A stretch of DNA of 64,000 nt from Callorhinchus milii. Taxonomy: Eukaryota. The stretch is taken from assembly GCF_018977255.1 (NCBI RefSeq), contig NW_024704742.1, forward strand, positions 109,060,001-109,124,000. The letters run 5' to 3'. The notes under the pieces were generated by a model. It searched no databases. It was not told the DNA's origin and worked only from the letters and a program-made list of their open reading frames with translations. This document shows, piece by piece, positions 1 to 14,189 of the stretch; within the stretch, counting starts at the first letter, position 1; every line of letters starts with the position of its first letter. Position numbers and translations under genes: made by a program.

Positions 1-160
1 ACTGACCCATTTAGTGATGGGGATCCATTGGAACTTGGCTAGAATGGTGTGATGGGGGTACGGAGTTTAGTACAGATGAATATGCGGGTGGCGGAGTTTT
101 GGATCAGTTGGATCCTGTGCATGGTGGAGCTGGGGAGACTGGCAAAGAGGGCATTTGAGG
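1..160 (-). mobile_element. L2 fragment
   Basis: IQLIQNSATRI..TPITP remnant. Confidence 0.6.
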
Positions 161-3100
161 TAGTACATCCTATGCAAGGATCATTATTATTAACTGGAAT
201 AACTGTGGCCAGCTGCAGATGCTTTTCAGCTTGTGATATGATCTTACATTTTTGAGGTTGGTGCAGAATCTTAATGTGGTTCGAGTTTTTGCCCAAATTA
301 CCCATTTAGCCAAGTTTATCTTTTCAAGCCCCAGTGAAGCTCAACATCACATGCCACAATTATTAACGGCTGCAGTAATTTACACTCAGCCATATATTTC
401 TCAAGTAACTTGACTGTGTCTAGTGAATAAATATTGTTGGCACATAAATAAGAATGAAAAAAATGTGTAAATTAACCCAAACTTGCAAATCACATTTATT
501 GACAAAAAGAAGGCTGCATGTATGACTAAATGTTTCCATGATATCAGAGCAAATTAAATCAAATATTCCTAAGGGATGTTCAGGGGCAAATGTTAAGAAT
601 CCATCCAGTCTGACTCCACTGTGCTAAATGCACTTTGAGCTCCCCCACCCAGTTCCCCATCCCAGTTTCTTTCAGTACTCTCTGAAGTTATCAAATTGGC
701 TCTCTTTGCAAATTATTTTAGGAGGACACAAAGTACTGCACTGAAAATAGTCCTGAGAATTTTATAGAGAATTCTCCTATCACTGGTGCATTTCATCATT
801 GTTACCTAAATGGTAATGACTAATGACATGACAGCCTTGAAAGATATCTCAGAGGAGATCTTAGTAAGATACTAAAAGGGAAAAGAATCGGTAAACCTTG
901 AAAAATATCGAATACACCTAGGTCACAGACAAGAGGAGAACACTGGTTTAGGGTTTGTGAAGGCAAACTTAGGACAAAAATCAGGAAGTATTTCTTTACA
1001 TAGAAGATAAACAACAGCTGAAATGAGTATTAAGGATTGGTGTTTGAGGTCAGGATACTCATCTCACAGTTTGATGCTATCATGAGTAGACAGTAGAGTT
1101 AATAGTCTGAAAACACGAGAACAGCAACAACAACAAATTATATTTTATAGTACCTTTCACGCCGGAAGGATGTCCCAAAATGAGACTGAATAGGCCAAAT
1201 GTGAAACTATTTTCTGGATTTATTCTCAATCCCATTTAGCACCTTATACAGGTCCCTTTCGAGACATCTCTTTTCAAGGCTGAAAAGCCCTTTATCCAAA
1301 TCTCTCTTGTGAAAAAGCAGCATTTCCTCTATTCCAACACATTACGTCATTCTAGACAGCGAAAAACAACCCTAAATCAAAGAAATCTTTCATTAACATC
1401 CTGGGTTATTCTACCCCAGTGATTTAGAACATCTTAAAGCTACTGCAGACCTTTTAATCATTCTTGGTCTTTAATATTTTCTAAACATTTACTCAGTGTC
1501 ACCAAACCATTGAAGAAATGGTTCCCTAAATTCAAACCAGGATATGAAATAAATTAAGAGGCTCTTCTTGAAGTTAACATCTCACTTTTTATATTGTCCT
1601 ATTAGATCACCTAAAGTTTTACTCTGTAAATCTTTTCTCTGTTGTTTAGATCTATGTTCAGGACACATTGTATTCTTTTTTTGCCTCCTTCCCTCATCTC
1701 TTTACCCTCTGCTGAACATTTTGTATATTTTAATCAAATTCTAATAAGTATCTAGAAAATGTCTAGGAGTCTAGACCAACATACAATCAATGCACAAGAG
1801 CTCCAGTATGAATGCCTGTGAAAGGACCTGTTGATGCTAGAAAATATAAGATCAAAGATGAATATCAGCACAATTCTTCTAGACCTTCTAGAACAAGGTG
1901 GTCCAGCTGGCGGCCCATGGGCCGATTTCATCCAGCCAACTACTCCCTCATTTCACCTGGCCCACCACCTCCCTCCATAACCTGTAAATGTTATGTTTCT
2001 AGAACAGAAACACAAAAAAATTGTATGCAGCGTGCAGATGTTTGCATGTTGTGTGCAAAGTCAGTGCTCGTAACTCAGTTGTGCCCAAACTGTTCCAATA
2101 TGGTGCAGCATCCCATCACAACCCTCCCTCCCAACACAGTGGGTATTCCTTCTTGTATGTGGGGTGGGGGAGGGCAAGACTATCACTCATTATCCCATTT
2201 CATCTGTAATGAAATGTCATAAATTTGATCCCCAGTTTATAACTTATTGTTTTGAAGCAATGTTTCGCTCACAAATATACAGTCAATTCGCTTTACACTA
2301 TATTCTGTGAAGCGTTTTGAGACGTCTAGAAGACGTGAAAAGCGCTATATCAAATTCAAGGATTATTATTATTTTATTATTAATGTTAGACTTTTACTTT
2401 GTTCTATTGCTATGAAAATGCTGAACAGGGTAGAGTGAATTAGGTGAAAGGCGAATAAGGATGATGGGTAAGAGCTGAATGTGTCTGGCATCATGTGACT
2501 AGTTCAGTATTATGGTATAAGCCAACTATTGCATTTTGCAGCACTGCAGGAAAACATGCAACACAACATTTAATAAACTGTAAAAGAACATTGAGAATAT
2601 CTAATGCAGTATTTTCCAAAAGACATTTATTTGTGAAGAACAAACGCAGCAGGATCATAAGTGTGGACCTTCAAAAGAACTGGGAGGGGTGGCTGTTACA
2701 CCAGCTGCTTATTACTGTTCAGGAAGCTTTGCATAAAGAAGAATTGTTGGCAGAGTCAGGTGTACGGCAAATAAGCTTACCATCTATGTTAATGTTAATC
2801 TACTGATGAAGGGCCAGACAGTGACGTAAAATGCTGGAGCCTCTCACTTTCTGTATCAGCAAGTGGCTTGATTCGTTTTCTTATTTATAAAAAATTCTTC
2901 CTTAAACAACATAAACAAATTACATTTGTATAGTGCCTTGCATGTCGGGAGAATGTCCCAAGTCTCTGAAAACCCCCTTAGCTGGGGGCTGGGATCGGGG
3001 GATGGTAGGAAGGTGGTCAAAGCCATGGTCGAAGAGGCAGGCTGGGGAAAGGAAGTGAGATTCTGAAAGATGCTCTCAGAATTGGTTAGTGTAATAGTCT

Positions 3101-3165
3101 ACTGAAGAAAATGTTTTGCACGAACTGCTCTAGGTATTGTTACAAGGCTCATTCTTAATTATTAA

Positions 3166-3766
3166 CTAGCTGTACCCGTCGCAGCTACGTTTGCAACCAC
3201 AGGATCCAATGTGGAATGTAGATTGACACACAGGCAGACACATGTACTTGTCCTTGAAAGCTTTGATTTTCGCTTAGGCGTCTTTATAATGATAAATATA
3301 AATGTATAATTTATAATCACTGGAATGTCCTCCTGATGTGAAAGACGTTTTAAAAATATAATTTTGTCGTTGTTGCTGGGGCTTAGCTTCGTCTGTGTTC
3401 TCTATTTTGTTCCCAAAGCTTGGCTACGTGCGTGCTCGGTGACGCAGGATGCCGCAGCGCCATGGTCAGCCGGCGCGGCCACCAGGTGTAATTGCACGAT
3501 GCCGCAGCGCCACTTTGACTTGGCGGCCACCTGGTGTAACTGCAGCGAAAAACGCAAAACTGAAACCCATTTTAGGTCATAACTCATGAATGATAGGGAG
3601 ATACCCCAAAACAAATATGCCCATGTCACTCCCAGTTATAAGAGCTTTTTGATGAGGTATAATTCATGTCTCTATGTCAATCCGTTATTGAGATCCTTCT
3701 TGAAGCGCACACAGACAGACGTTGTTATTTTATTAGTATAAAAGATAGAAGAAGATAGATAGAAGA
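3166..3766 (-). mobile_element. Non-autonomous Helitron (Lep1-like architecture)
   Basis: Minus strand reads A|TC..TATACTAATAAAA..(GTCT)n..GGGAGTGACATGGGC..GCGACGGGTACAG-CTAG|T. A second copy lies at 13730-14095. Confidence 0.65.
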
Positions 3767-4439
3767 TGAATGAACTACCTACAGATCAATTCTTGTTCTG
3801 TATACAATTAAAGTTAAAGAACAGTTTTCAGTCTTGCGTTGCTGACCAAAATACTTAAGCTAACAGCAACAGGAGTGACAGAATACTTGGAGGATAAGGG
3901 ATGGATTGAAGCAGAGCAAGATAGCAAATGATGCACAGTCAGTCAATCAAGTGATCCCAAAGATTAGTTAAGTGTTGCTTTGTTGTACCAGTCATCCAGT
4001 ATTTTATTACAGAAGACAATTTTATTTGCTATCTCTGCCACTGGATAATAATGCGAAATCAAAGAATACGTTTTTGTTGGTGAATTAGAGCACAATTTAC
4101 ACCCCTTCGTGTATAATAATAATAATAATCCTTACATTTACTATAGTACTTTTCATACTAGGAAGATGTCTCAAAGGTCTTTACAGGATTTACTGTAAAG
4201 GGCACTGATGCAAAAGCCAATTGGCACACAGCAATATCCCACAAACAGGCAAGGATAGTGAATTGTCATATGAATCAGATTGAAAGACAAAAACATTGAT
4301 CTAGATTGCTGATCTCTGTAGCTATTTGGGCAAGAGCACTGAACAGCATAATAATGAGCTATACAGATCCTGGGTGTTAGTACCAATCTGCAGTATTAGC
4401 TGACTCACGGGGGTACAAGGTGCTACAACTAGTCTTAGA

Positions 4440-4845
4440 GTCTTTGATCTCACTTTTAAAGCCCTCCACGGTTGTGCTCCCTCCTACTTCTGCAAACTAT
4501 TAAACTTTATCGACCTGTCCCCACTCTCTGTTCTGCAGACACTGGACTGCTTCATGTCCCCCGCACTATCAGCAGTCAAGCCTTCAGCCTTTCTGCCTCC
4601 AACTTCCATCATGGAACCCCTCCGTCACACTCCCTCACATGCCTCCTTCAAGGCCCATCTGGAGACCTTCCTTTTTGACCGTGCTTTCAGTCATCTTCCC
4701 TCCTCCAACCCCCTCCCCCACACCGTTGCCCTCCACCCCTTTCTGATCCCAACCTGCAGCTCGGGTGCAAACTCCTCATTGTCCTTGGCACGTCCTCAGG
4801 ACATGAAAAACACTATATAAATGTAATGTTTTGTTGTTGTTGATT
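4440..4845 (+). mobile_element. L2 3' fragment
   Basis: TTTAAAGCCCTCCACGG..GCCTTCAG..GACCTTCCTTTTTGACCGTGC..tail and (TTG)n. Confidence 0.75.
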
Positions 4846-5854
4846 GGACTGGAGAAAATCAACCAGAAGTTTCTCTCTGGATTGTTTTTCATGGATATCC
4901 AGTGTTTATATCACCCAGTTTCCGCATATGTACTGCCCTGTATTTCATCTAAAATATATTACATTCAAATGTAACAAAATATAGAACAAAAAATGGGCAT
5001 GTGGCCCATCTACTCTTCCATCCACTCAATTTGGATTAACAATGTAGGAGAAATTCTATCCGAGTTTAGATTTCATCCCCTCCCTCTCTTCATTTCATCT
5101 GGCCCACCACTCCCTCCATAACCCGTAAATGGTATGTTATGTTTCTGGAAGGGAAACACAAAAATATTGCGTATGCGACCTGCAGACGTTTCTCAAATCG
5201 TGCATCCAGCCCTCAGCAGCCAAAAGGGATATTTTGCCATGGGATATTTTGACCTTGTATCACTCACCTTGCAGTTTTCGTCATTCTACTTTTTTTCTCC
5301 TCAAAGGATTTGTCTATTTATTATTCCTACAGCGTTTTTTTAAAAAAAGTTTTCTAGTCTGCCTCCCACTTAATCCCCCTAGAATTCTTCTCACGATCCA
5401 ACAGTTTATTTGTGTTAAAGGCTAGCATGTTTGCACTGTTGTTTTTGGCACTGTCTCATTATAATATTAAACATAAATGTATAATACATCACTACAACAC
5501 AAGCATTTGCCTGCATCTGGGTTACTAAGCAGTTCTTTTGCACTGCTAAATATGAAACCAAATATCACATCCACTCTGATGCCCTTGTGTCACAGGTAAC
5601 CTCTCTTTGTTACCTGAAAGGGCTTGTTGTTTCACACTTTGTGAAGTGCTCATGTTACCACTGGAATATTGTTACTCTCCATAAATAGTACATTGCAATT
5701 CCTTGCAACCTTTCTTTACCGACCAAAATAACCTGACATAACATTTCTCTTTGAACTTGCTGTAATATGCAAGATTTCACTATTTATTTTAAATATATAC
5801 TTATGTGTTTTTTAGTGAAAAAATAAGATGCTAATAAAAACATCCACATTTTGT

Positions 5855-6220
5855 GGAGTCCTGTAGCTCAGTGGTTAGATCACTCGCCTCGCAAACGAGA
5901 GACCTGGGTTTGATTCCTGTCAGGGGGAAACATTGGACAGGTTTCTTTGCTCCTCACGCCTCTGTTTTCTAGCAGTAAGTAGAAACCCGGTTGTTAGTCG
6001 ATTGGCGGATCACTTTTCCGGGGTAATAATTACTTCAAAAAATAACAAATTGGTCACTCAATTCAAGACTGTTTGTGGGACACTACTGTGCACAATTGGC
6101 TGCTGCGTTTCACCCACAAAATACACAGTCAATTCACTTTATAGTATATTCTGTGAAGCGCTTTGAAAAATCTCAAATATGTGATAAGGTGCTATATTAA
6201 ATGTAAGGATTATTATTATT
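5855..6220 (+). mobile_element. Long-form tRNA SINE
   Basis: Same head, with an extra segment resembling TGTTTACCTAGCAGTAAGTAGGAACCCGGTTGTTAGTCGATTGG, then core and (ATT)n tail. Confidence 0.85.
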
Positions 6221-7837
6221 TTAGGCATCTTCACAGTTGCCATCAGTACCAATGTATTTTGGTTGTTCTTAGTTGGCCACCTTTCTTTGACGGAATTAAG
6301 TGGGTTTTCTTTAGGGCAGAGTTGGCTCCATGGTGACATATTAGCAATTTGGTACTTGAGCCAGGAAAGTTCATCCAAGATACTTTTGATGATAAACCTA
6401 CCAGTCTGTCTCATTAACAGAACATAGAGGTGCAGACCAGTCACTCCAGTCTGCAAATCTTCCCACTAGGTGACTGTTAATTCTATAACCAAAGCCCAAT
6501 GAGGCTGGCTGGGCAAAAAGCAGAAAGGATAAATGTCATTCATTGTTAACTGTGCAGTTTTAGAAGGTTCAACTCCACCAGTATCCCAATGCCCACCTTG
6601 GGATCCCCAAGCCTTGGCTCTTACCAACCTGTGCCTAAAATTTCTGGGATTAGATAAGCGGAGTGCATTCATTTGGGGAGATAAAGCACACTCCACACCA
6701 GAAAAGCTATGTAAATTTGGAACTTGGTTGGAGATTCCTATACGCAGTGATTAGTTTCCGTGTGCTTCAAATACTTGGATGACCAAATATAAATTGTTAG
6801 GTATGACAGATCTTTATATTTAATGCTCCTTTCCCTCAGAGAGATCCTGATAGGTACTCTAGCCAAAACTCACTGAAGTTAGACCATTTTGAAAAACAAA
6901 TTCAAAATTCAAATTGAGAATGGATTTTCAATGGGAAAAACAAAAGCATTTCGAACCAATGCATCAATCATCAAAGTATTAACCATACTAAAAAAATCAA
7001 ACATACCATTCCTCCATTTCTCAAATGAATATGTTCAGTTAAATACAATTTTACTGGAGAACTGAGGGAAACGGGGCTCTGCTAATAACATTGTATTGTT
7101 ATTGCTTCAAAATATACAAAGCAAAACATAACATAGAACTGAGCCTTTCTGTGTTGATTGTAAGCAGCCAGCTGAGAGCCAAGCCACAAAGTATGCGTGT
7201 ATCCCACTGAAATGCATATCTTGCGTAACAAAGCCTCTACGTGTTCTAAATATTGCTTGAAAGAGGAGTCAGTCATCAGAAAATTGAGTAAAATGCTCTT
7301 CATCATGGTCATGGAAATCTCTTAAAGAGACTTTGTTCTTCTCATTAAGAAGATTGGAAAAGTGCAAGATGTTGGTAACAATTGTTACTGAATACTGATC
7401 TTTAAGGTCCACTTGAACTGGCAGATGGGACCTCAGTTTTACATTTCATCTGAAGGACAGCACTTCCAATATCGCAGTGCTTTCTGAGTTCAAAGTCCCA
7501 ATTTGAGGTTTGAAGGAAAGGACTTGTGCAAATCTATACATATAACTTAATGCCATCCAGAAGACACCTAGTACAAGCCTTAATCTATTTCAAAGGTGAT
7601 GTTCTTGAAAAGGATTTAATTAGTAATCATTATGCACTAACAACAACAACAGAGATCCTGTAGCTCAGTGGTTAGAGCACTCACCTAGTAAGTGAGAGTC
7701 CTGGGTTCGATTCCCGGCAGGGCAAAACCTTTGGCAAGTTTTCTTACTCCACACACCTGATAATAATCCCTCAAAAAAAAATAATAACTTGGTCACTCAA
7801 TTCACGACTATTTGTGGGACACTGCTGTGCACAATTG

Positions 7838-8225
7838 TGAGGACCTGGATCTTGAACTGTATCCTCTGTGTGATGGGAAGCTAGTGGAGTTGAGCAAAGA
7901 TGGGAGTGATAGTGCAGGAGAGGACATGAGCTGCAGAGTTCTGGATGATCTGCAGCCTATGGAGGGGGGAGTATGGGAGGCCGACAAGCAAGGATATAGT
8001 CAAGCCTGGATATTATGAATGCGTCTATGAGATTCGACGGCCTGCGGTGTGAGATAGTGGTGGAGCCGGGTGATTTTGCGGAGGTGGGGGAAGGCAGAAC
8101 AGATCATGGTATGGATGTGGGGTAGAAAGGATAGTTGAGGGTCAAACAAGACGCCAACGATCCAGACTGGCTTAGTAAGGTGGAGTGTGCAACCATGGAT
8201 GGTGATGCTGTCAGCCAGCGCCTGA
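7838..8225 (-). mobile_element. L2 fragment fused to a SINE 5' half (7653-7837)
   Basis: Reverse complement of 41550-41900-like sequence. Confidence 0.78.
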
Positions 8226-9681
8226 GGCTTTTTTTGCTACTTTTATTGCACAATTGTTTCTAATTTAATTTAATTCAGCATCTTGGGACGTCCTCCCGAC
8301 ATGAAAGGCGCTTTACAAATGTAATTTGTTGTTCTTGATGATACAATCTTCTTCAGTAAAGATATGAATTTGCAGATCACAACAGACAAAATAATTCTCC
8401 CAGATCCAGATTTGCAGAGGCATAGAAGCATAGAAATTTGACAACACAGAAGGAGGCTATTCAGCCCATCGAGTCTGCACCGGATCTCAGAGAAAGGTCT
8501 TGATTCAATCCATCTGCCCTGCCTTACCCCAATAACCCTTCAAGCCTCAATTTTTTTGCACGCACCTTTGAATATATCAGTGTACAGATTTCCCTGAGTT
8601 ATCACCATTTTAGTTTGTAATAACAGCAAACATAAATATTCATATTAATATCTGACAAATAGGAGCAAAGGATAAGCAGAAAGTGTCACATGTTTAAACA
8701 CTTATTTTAACATTAATTTTGGGAGTTAATATTGCAGTGATCAGTATTTTCTGTTGCTTATGATGCTTTATTATTTTAATATTCAGGTTTTCAGAATTTG
8801 CAATGTGTGAACTGCAAATATGTAACAAAAAAAAAGTGATTCAGGGAGAAAGCAACTTCCTGAATCTGATGGTAGTTAAAAGGATGAATTCGCTTCCAGC
8901 TGACATTCCTACAAAGTTAATTTGACAGCCTCCCGGAAGATTCAAAGATTCAGTTGCTAACTCAACCCTAACTCTATATATTGTCCTTTTTAAGACAAAA
9001 TTAAAGGCTAAGTTACAGTTTATGTAATGGTGGTGATTCATGTAAGGATATAGTTCCACGGCACTAGCAATCCTTCAATACCACCACTGAAATGTCTAAT
9101 CTTCCTGTACTGAGCAAGTCATGTCAGGCATTTGAGAATGAGTGCTAGCTTGTTATTGAACTATGGGGCATTAAATCCAGCATAATTCTGTGCTTACCTG
9201 ACATCTAAGCACGTGCACCTCTAATAGCAACTCACTGGAGAGCAAAAACGGAAACTCTGGCAGATTATTCCTCTTCCTAGCTCTGCGATGCGCTGTAGCT
9301 AATTATAGGTCTCCCACTGCCATGTCAACGGAAATTAGCTGACCAGGGATCAGAGAGGGACTTTCCTGATTGGTGTAATTCAACAACAGCAATAAAAAAC
9401 TACAGTGCTACCCAATGCTGTCTGTTTGAACTCACAAAACCATTTAACAAAGTGTTTCTGTTATTATAATCCGTTAAATACATATAAAATACTGGCAAAA
9501 AATAGCCTATAGTCCAAGAAAGTTGACTTGGCACAGTATCGATTCTTTTGTTTCTGATCAATTATAGGTTTTACTTTAGTTAAGTATAAATCATCACTTT
9601 AGCATAATTATCTGATAGAAAATAACACCAACATTTTCCTGCTCCCTATTTGAATGACAAGCACACAGTTTTCACACTTAC

Positions 9682-9874
9682 CATTCTGCCTTGCTCCAAC
9701 AGCAGCAACTATGACTGGAATCGTCCATTGGTTCAGTATCCTCTTAATCATCGGCACATAGTTATCCTTCACGTCTTGAAATGATGCTTTGTCATTGATG
9801 GAATATTTGAGGACGATGATATCTGCTTGCCCAACCACATTCCGCGAGCTGTACCAGTCATTGTCGAATAAATC
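9682..9874 (-). CDS. RHOBTB3: RHOBTB3 next coding exon
   Basis: tttgttag|DLFDNDWYSSRNVVGQADIIVLKYSINDKASFQDVKDNYVPMIKRILNQWTIPVIVAAVGARQN G|gtaagt. 193 nt; its phase-0 start fits the previous exon. Confidence 0.94.
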
Positions 9875-12439
9875 CTAACAAAGAAATGGAATGAACTTTC
9901 AACAACTGGCATCTGAAAAGGGTATGCTATACCCTCAAAAAACAATATCGCCAATCATATTGGTTGCCTTTTTTCGCCCACAAAATACACCGTCAATCCA
10001 CTTTACAATATATTCTGTGAAGCACTTTGAGACATCTCAATGATGTGATAAGGCACTATATCAAGCGCAATGATTATTATTATTAAATCTAAATCGATCT
10101 GGCGTGCATACTCTTAAACATGGTGATGGGTTTGTGCACATGCCAGACACCCGGTGACTAAACAAACATGATAAGGCACTGTATCAAATGCAAGGATTAT
10201 TATTATTATTTAGTCTCTTCCACATTGATTACTGAAAATCAGCATAGGAAGCCAATTTAGATTCATATAATGGCTCCACAAAAACAGAAATGTCTTGAAG
10301 CACTTCACAGAATGAAATCAATTAGAAATTGAGTGAATGTTGTTATGTAGGTAAAACGCAACAGCTAATTTGCACTGTTCCAACATAAATCATCTGACAG
10401 TTCCCAATGGAGACTTTCAAAATGCATTAAAACATCCTTTTAATCTGCAAGTTACCCTCATCTCTCGCACCTTATAAAATACACACAGTGAAAGTTATCT
10501 CCAGGAAGAACTCACTCACTCAACAAAGATTGGTATTGGTTGGAGTCCCTTTAGAGAACTTTGAAAGCAAGTGGAAAATAAACCTCTTTTAATTTGTGAA
10601 AATGTTAATATTATTTATAATGATTTGCAAAATGTTGAATTCAGTTTGTTGGCTTCCCCAGTGTTAATAGAAAAGATTGCAGCTTGCAAGCTGAGCTCTT
10701 TATGCAAGCATTAGATTGTGATTCTGATTTGAGTAGCCTAAAATATTGGATCAGCATCATAATTCTTTAGCTGTAACTTCCCAAACTGTAGCAATTCAGT
10801 ACAACTTTAATGTATCGCTCATTTATAGTCATTATTTATATATACCATCAGATTCTTGTGGAGGTTATTCATTTTCAGTGCTAATTTTCACCCACAAAAT
10901 ATATAGTCAATTCACCTTCCAGTATAGTCTGTGAAGCGATTTGAGAATTTCTCAACGATGTGATAAGGTGCTACATCAAATGCAAGGATTATTATTATTA
11001 CTATTATTATTAGGACAGTTCAATGGATAAAGTGATAATAGAAAGACCTAGTTGTCAAATGACTGGCATCAGTGCGCCTATGCTTATTCAGCTTTATCTT
11101 CATATCCATTACTTCGGATGGTCCCCACGCACTGGCCACAGTATGCAGGCAAGCCAGACGTGGGATGCAGGACAAGTAGCAGCATTTATTTAGAGCTGCA
11201 GGAGTCGGGTGTGAAATTCATGCATCATTTTCTGTTTAGGATTCCAAACTGGTCTGAGTCTTCAACAGGGGCTCAAGTGGGTTTGGCCAGTGTCGAGTCT
11301 GGGCATTAAAAAGGCTTAATTTACAATATGAGCATCAGACTTGTCAGAATTTGCATTTGAATCAAAAGTCCTTTTTATAAAATAAACATAATAAAAGGAA
11401 CCTCCACACGACATTCTGCACTTGGAATTGTACTTAATTGTCACTCTCACTCTCAGGGGACTAGGCTGGTATGGGAATTGGAAAATATCATGCTGGTGGA
11501 GCATGGTTGGAGTTGATGGGGCAGAGAAGAAACAGCTTTACTTCCTATCAAACCAAACTATGCTATACCTAACCTAGGAGTGCGTGATACTGGAATTGGT
11601 TGCCCAAAATGGGAAGTTGTTCCATTTCCTATCACTAACACCTAAACTCCGACCCAAGCAATGAATCTCACCAAAATAGAAGTACAAAATAAATTAATGC
11701 TAATGCTCCTTTAGTTCAACAATGAGGATGCAAGACAGACGAGTCTGAAAATATCTGTAATAGACACAAAGTTAAAACACACAGAAAATGGTGTAATCTA
11801 TTCCAATCTAGACCTTAATAACTGCTGAAAGCACTTTATCGAGTTAAATGTACCATTATGTTTGAATCTGCAATTTGGAAGCACGAGTGTCTGACACATG
11901 TGGAAACCCATCCTTAAGAGTATGCAAACCAAACAGAGTTTCATACATCCCACCTACACATGGAAATTCCAGAAATGTTTATTGGAATGGAATGTGCATT
12001 CTCTCCCTGGAGAGATGCATCCTGTTTACCTAATTCCAGGAAGTATTATGCGCAGTTTGGCAAGAGCCAAGGCTTGGGGACCCCAAAGTGTGCATTGGGA
12101 TACTGCTGTAGTCTAATGAGCTAACTGTCTGGCAAGCTTTCCCGCTGCTTGTCCAGCTAGCACCACCGTACCCGCTAGTGCTCTGGCTTGCAGGATTCAT
12201 GGGAGCTGAGTGGGAAGATTCAGTGACTGGTCTGCCCTTCCATGTCCTGCCTATGAGCTGGGAGAATAGAAAAGTGTGGCTGCACTTTTTCCGCGGAATT
12301 CGCTGCAAACATTACCCTCCACTATAAACCCGCCTTATAAATTTAGTTTCTGGCCTGCAGGCCTCCCAGCTGTTTACATGACGTCCCTGGTGGGTGGGGG
12401 TGGCACAAGTGGCAAATGGGCTTCACTCAGAGACCCTGC

Positions 12440-12830
12440 TGTTGTGATTGTGTGATTGTCTGTGTCTCTGTTTGTTTGTGAGAGTGTGAATGATTGGTTG
12501 TGTGATTGTCTCTCTATATGCATTTGTGAGTGTCTCTGTCTCTCTCTCTCTCTCTGTGAGTGTCTGTGTGAGTATGCTTGTGTCTCCCTCTCCTCGGTTT
12601 GTTTGTGGGTGTGCCTGTAGGTGTGTCTCTGTGTTTGTGAGTGTCTCTATGTGAGTGTGCCTCTCTCTCTGAGAATGTCTCTCTCTGTGTCTCTGTGAGT
12701 GTGTGTCTCGCTCTGTGTTTCTGTGAGTGTGTGTCTCTCTCTGTGTCTGTGAGTGTGTGTCTCTCTGTGTCTGTGTATGGGTGTCTTTCTCTGTGTCTGT
12801 GAGTGTGTACGTCTCTCTCTCTCTGGGTGC
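12440..12830. repeat. Compound (TG)/(TC) microsatellite
   Basis: Directly visible degenerate TG/TC tract. Confidence 0.9.
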
Positions 12831-13729
12831 GTGTGCAGTGCTGGGCTCTGAGAGCTCCTGTAGCCTCGCTGGTGCCCCCTCCCACCCCACAACAAAGGAC
12901 ACAGAGTTTTTGTTAAAGAAGCAATCAATTTTTTTTGCAATATGTATTATTTCCTCACGTTTAGTTTATTTTCAATAAATTGAAAAATTGTAGGTTAGCA
13001 GTAAAGCGCACCTCAATAGCACCAATCAACTCCCCGCCATTTTTTGCAAAATATGCTCGCAATTCTCAAAAAACGTAAACCTCCCCGCAATTTTTGGCAA
13101 ATATTTCCGCACTTTCCTGTTGGTTCAGCCTGCTGTCATCAGCAGTGCCGCGGAGTACTGAGGACCAGCCTGGTTCAGGAATTGCACTACCAAGACTGCC
13201 ACAGAGAGTGGGTTCATTCTGACATTGTGTTGCCAAATGTCACGTTGAACCCGTTCAGGTCCAAGGAGACCCCACCTATCCCTTCTAGCAAGTCAAAAAC
13301 ATAAAGAAGTACCATAGATGTTTGACTTGTCAACAATAGAGAGGATGAAATTGCATCCCACAAACACAAGCTGGAGGTTGGAATAACAATGGGTGTGTTC
13401 AGATATGCTTTTTGGCACTGTGGTTCATTCCCAATAGTCATATTTGACAGAGCTTATCAAGACTTTACACCATACATAGCAATTTGTACAGTATTGTCAC
13501 TACTGGGAAATAACTCTGTGATTCCAAACTGAAATTTCAGATGGTTCTAATGCATGCTGGAAAAGTACCATGACTGTTGACTGAATGAGTGGAGACAAAG
13601 CATTTTATAAACCACGTCATATGCACTTGTTACACAGGAAAAATGGAACCTTGCAAAGCAGGTTCAAAACTTTCACACACAGGCTTGAAATGCTCATGAC
13701 ACCTCCTGAGACCATGGCAACCAAAAAAC

Positions 13730-14095
13730 GTTAGTCTGTGTTTTTTATTTTCTTCCCGACGCTTGGCTACGTGTGTGCTCTGTGATGCAGGATATCACTG
13801 CGCCAGAATCAGCCGGCGCAGCCACCAGGTGTAAATGCCGTGCATGTGTGCATGTGTACATATGTACGTACTCTGTCATGCACTCTGCTATAGTGCCACC
13901 AGGTGTAACTGCAGTGAAAAATGCAAAACTGAAATAACTCATGAACGATAGGAGATACCCGAAAACAAATATGCCCATGTCACTCCCAGTTGTAAAACCT
14001 TTCCAATGAAGTATAAATCATGTCTCTACATCAATTGGTTATTGAGATCCTTCTTGAAGTACAGATAGACATTGTCGTTTTATTAGTATAGAAGA
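13730..14095 (-). mobile_element. 3'-truncated copy of the same Helitron-like element
   Basis: Clear similarity to 3385-3745, with the TC 5' end at 14095. Confidence 0.62.
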
Positions 14096-14189
14096 TAGTT
14101 AATTTAAATATGTATAATACAAATGTATATTTTACTACCATTTTGTATTTTTTCTAAATAATTAATAGTTATTAGTTGCTAACTTCATA

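Noticed and set aside
1..9681. Further RHOBTB3 exons (CTCPLC..., BTB domains)
   Set aside because: No matching peptide found by eye; probably beyond the window start.
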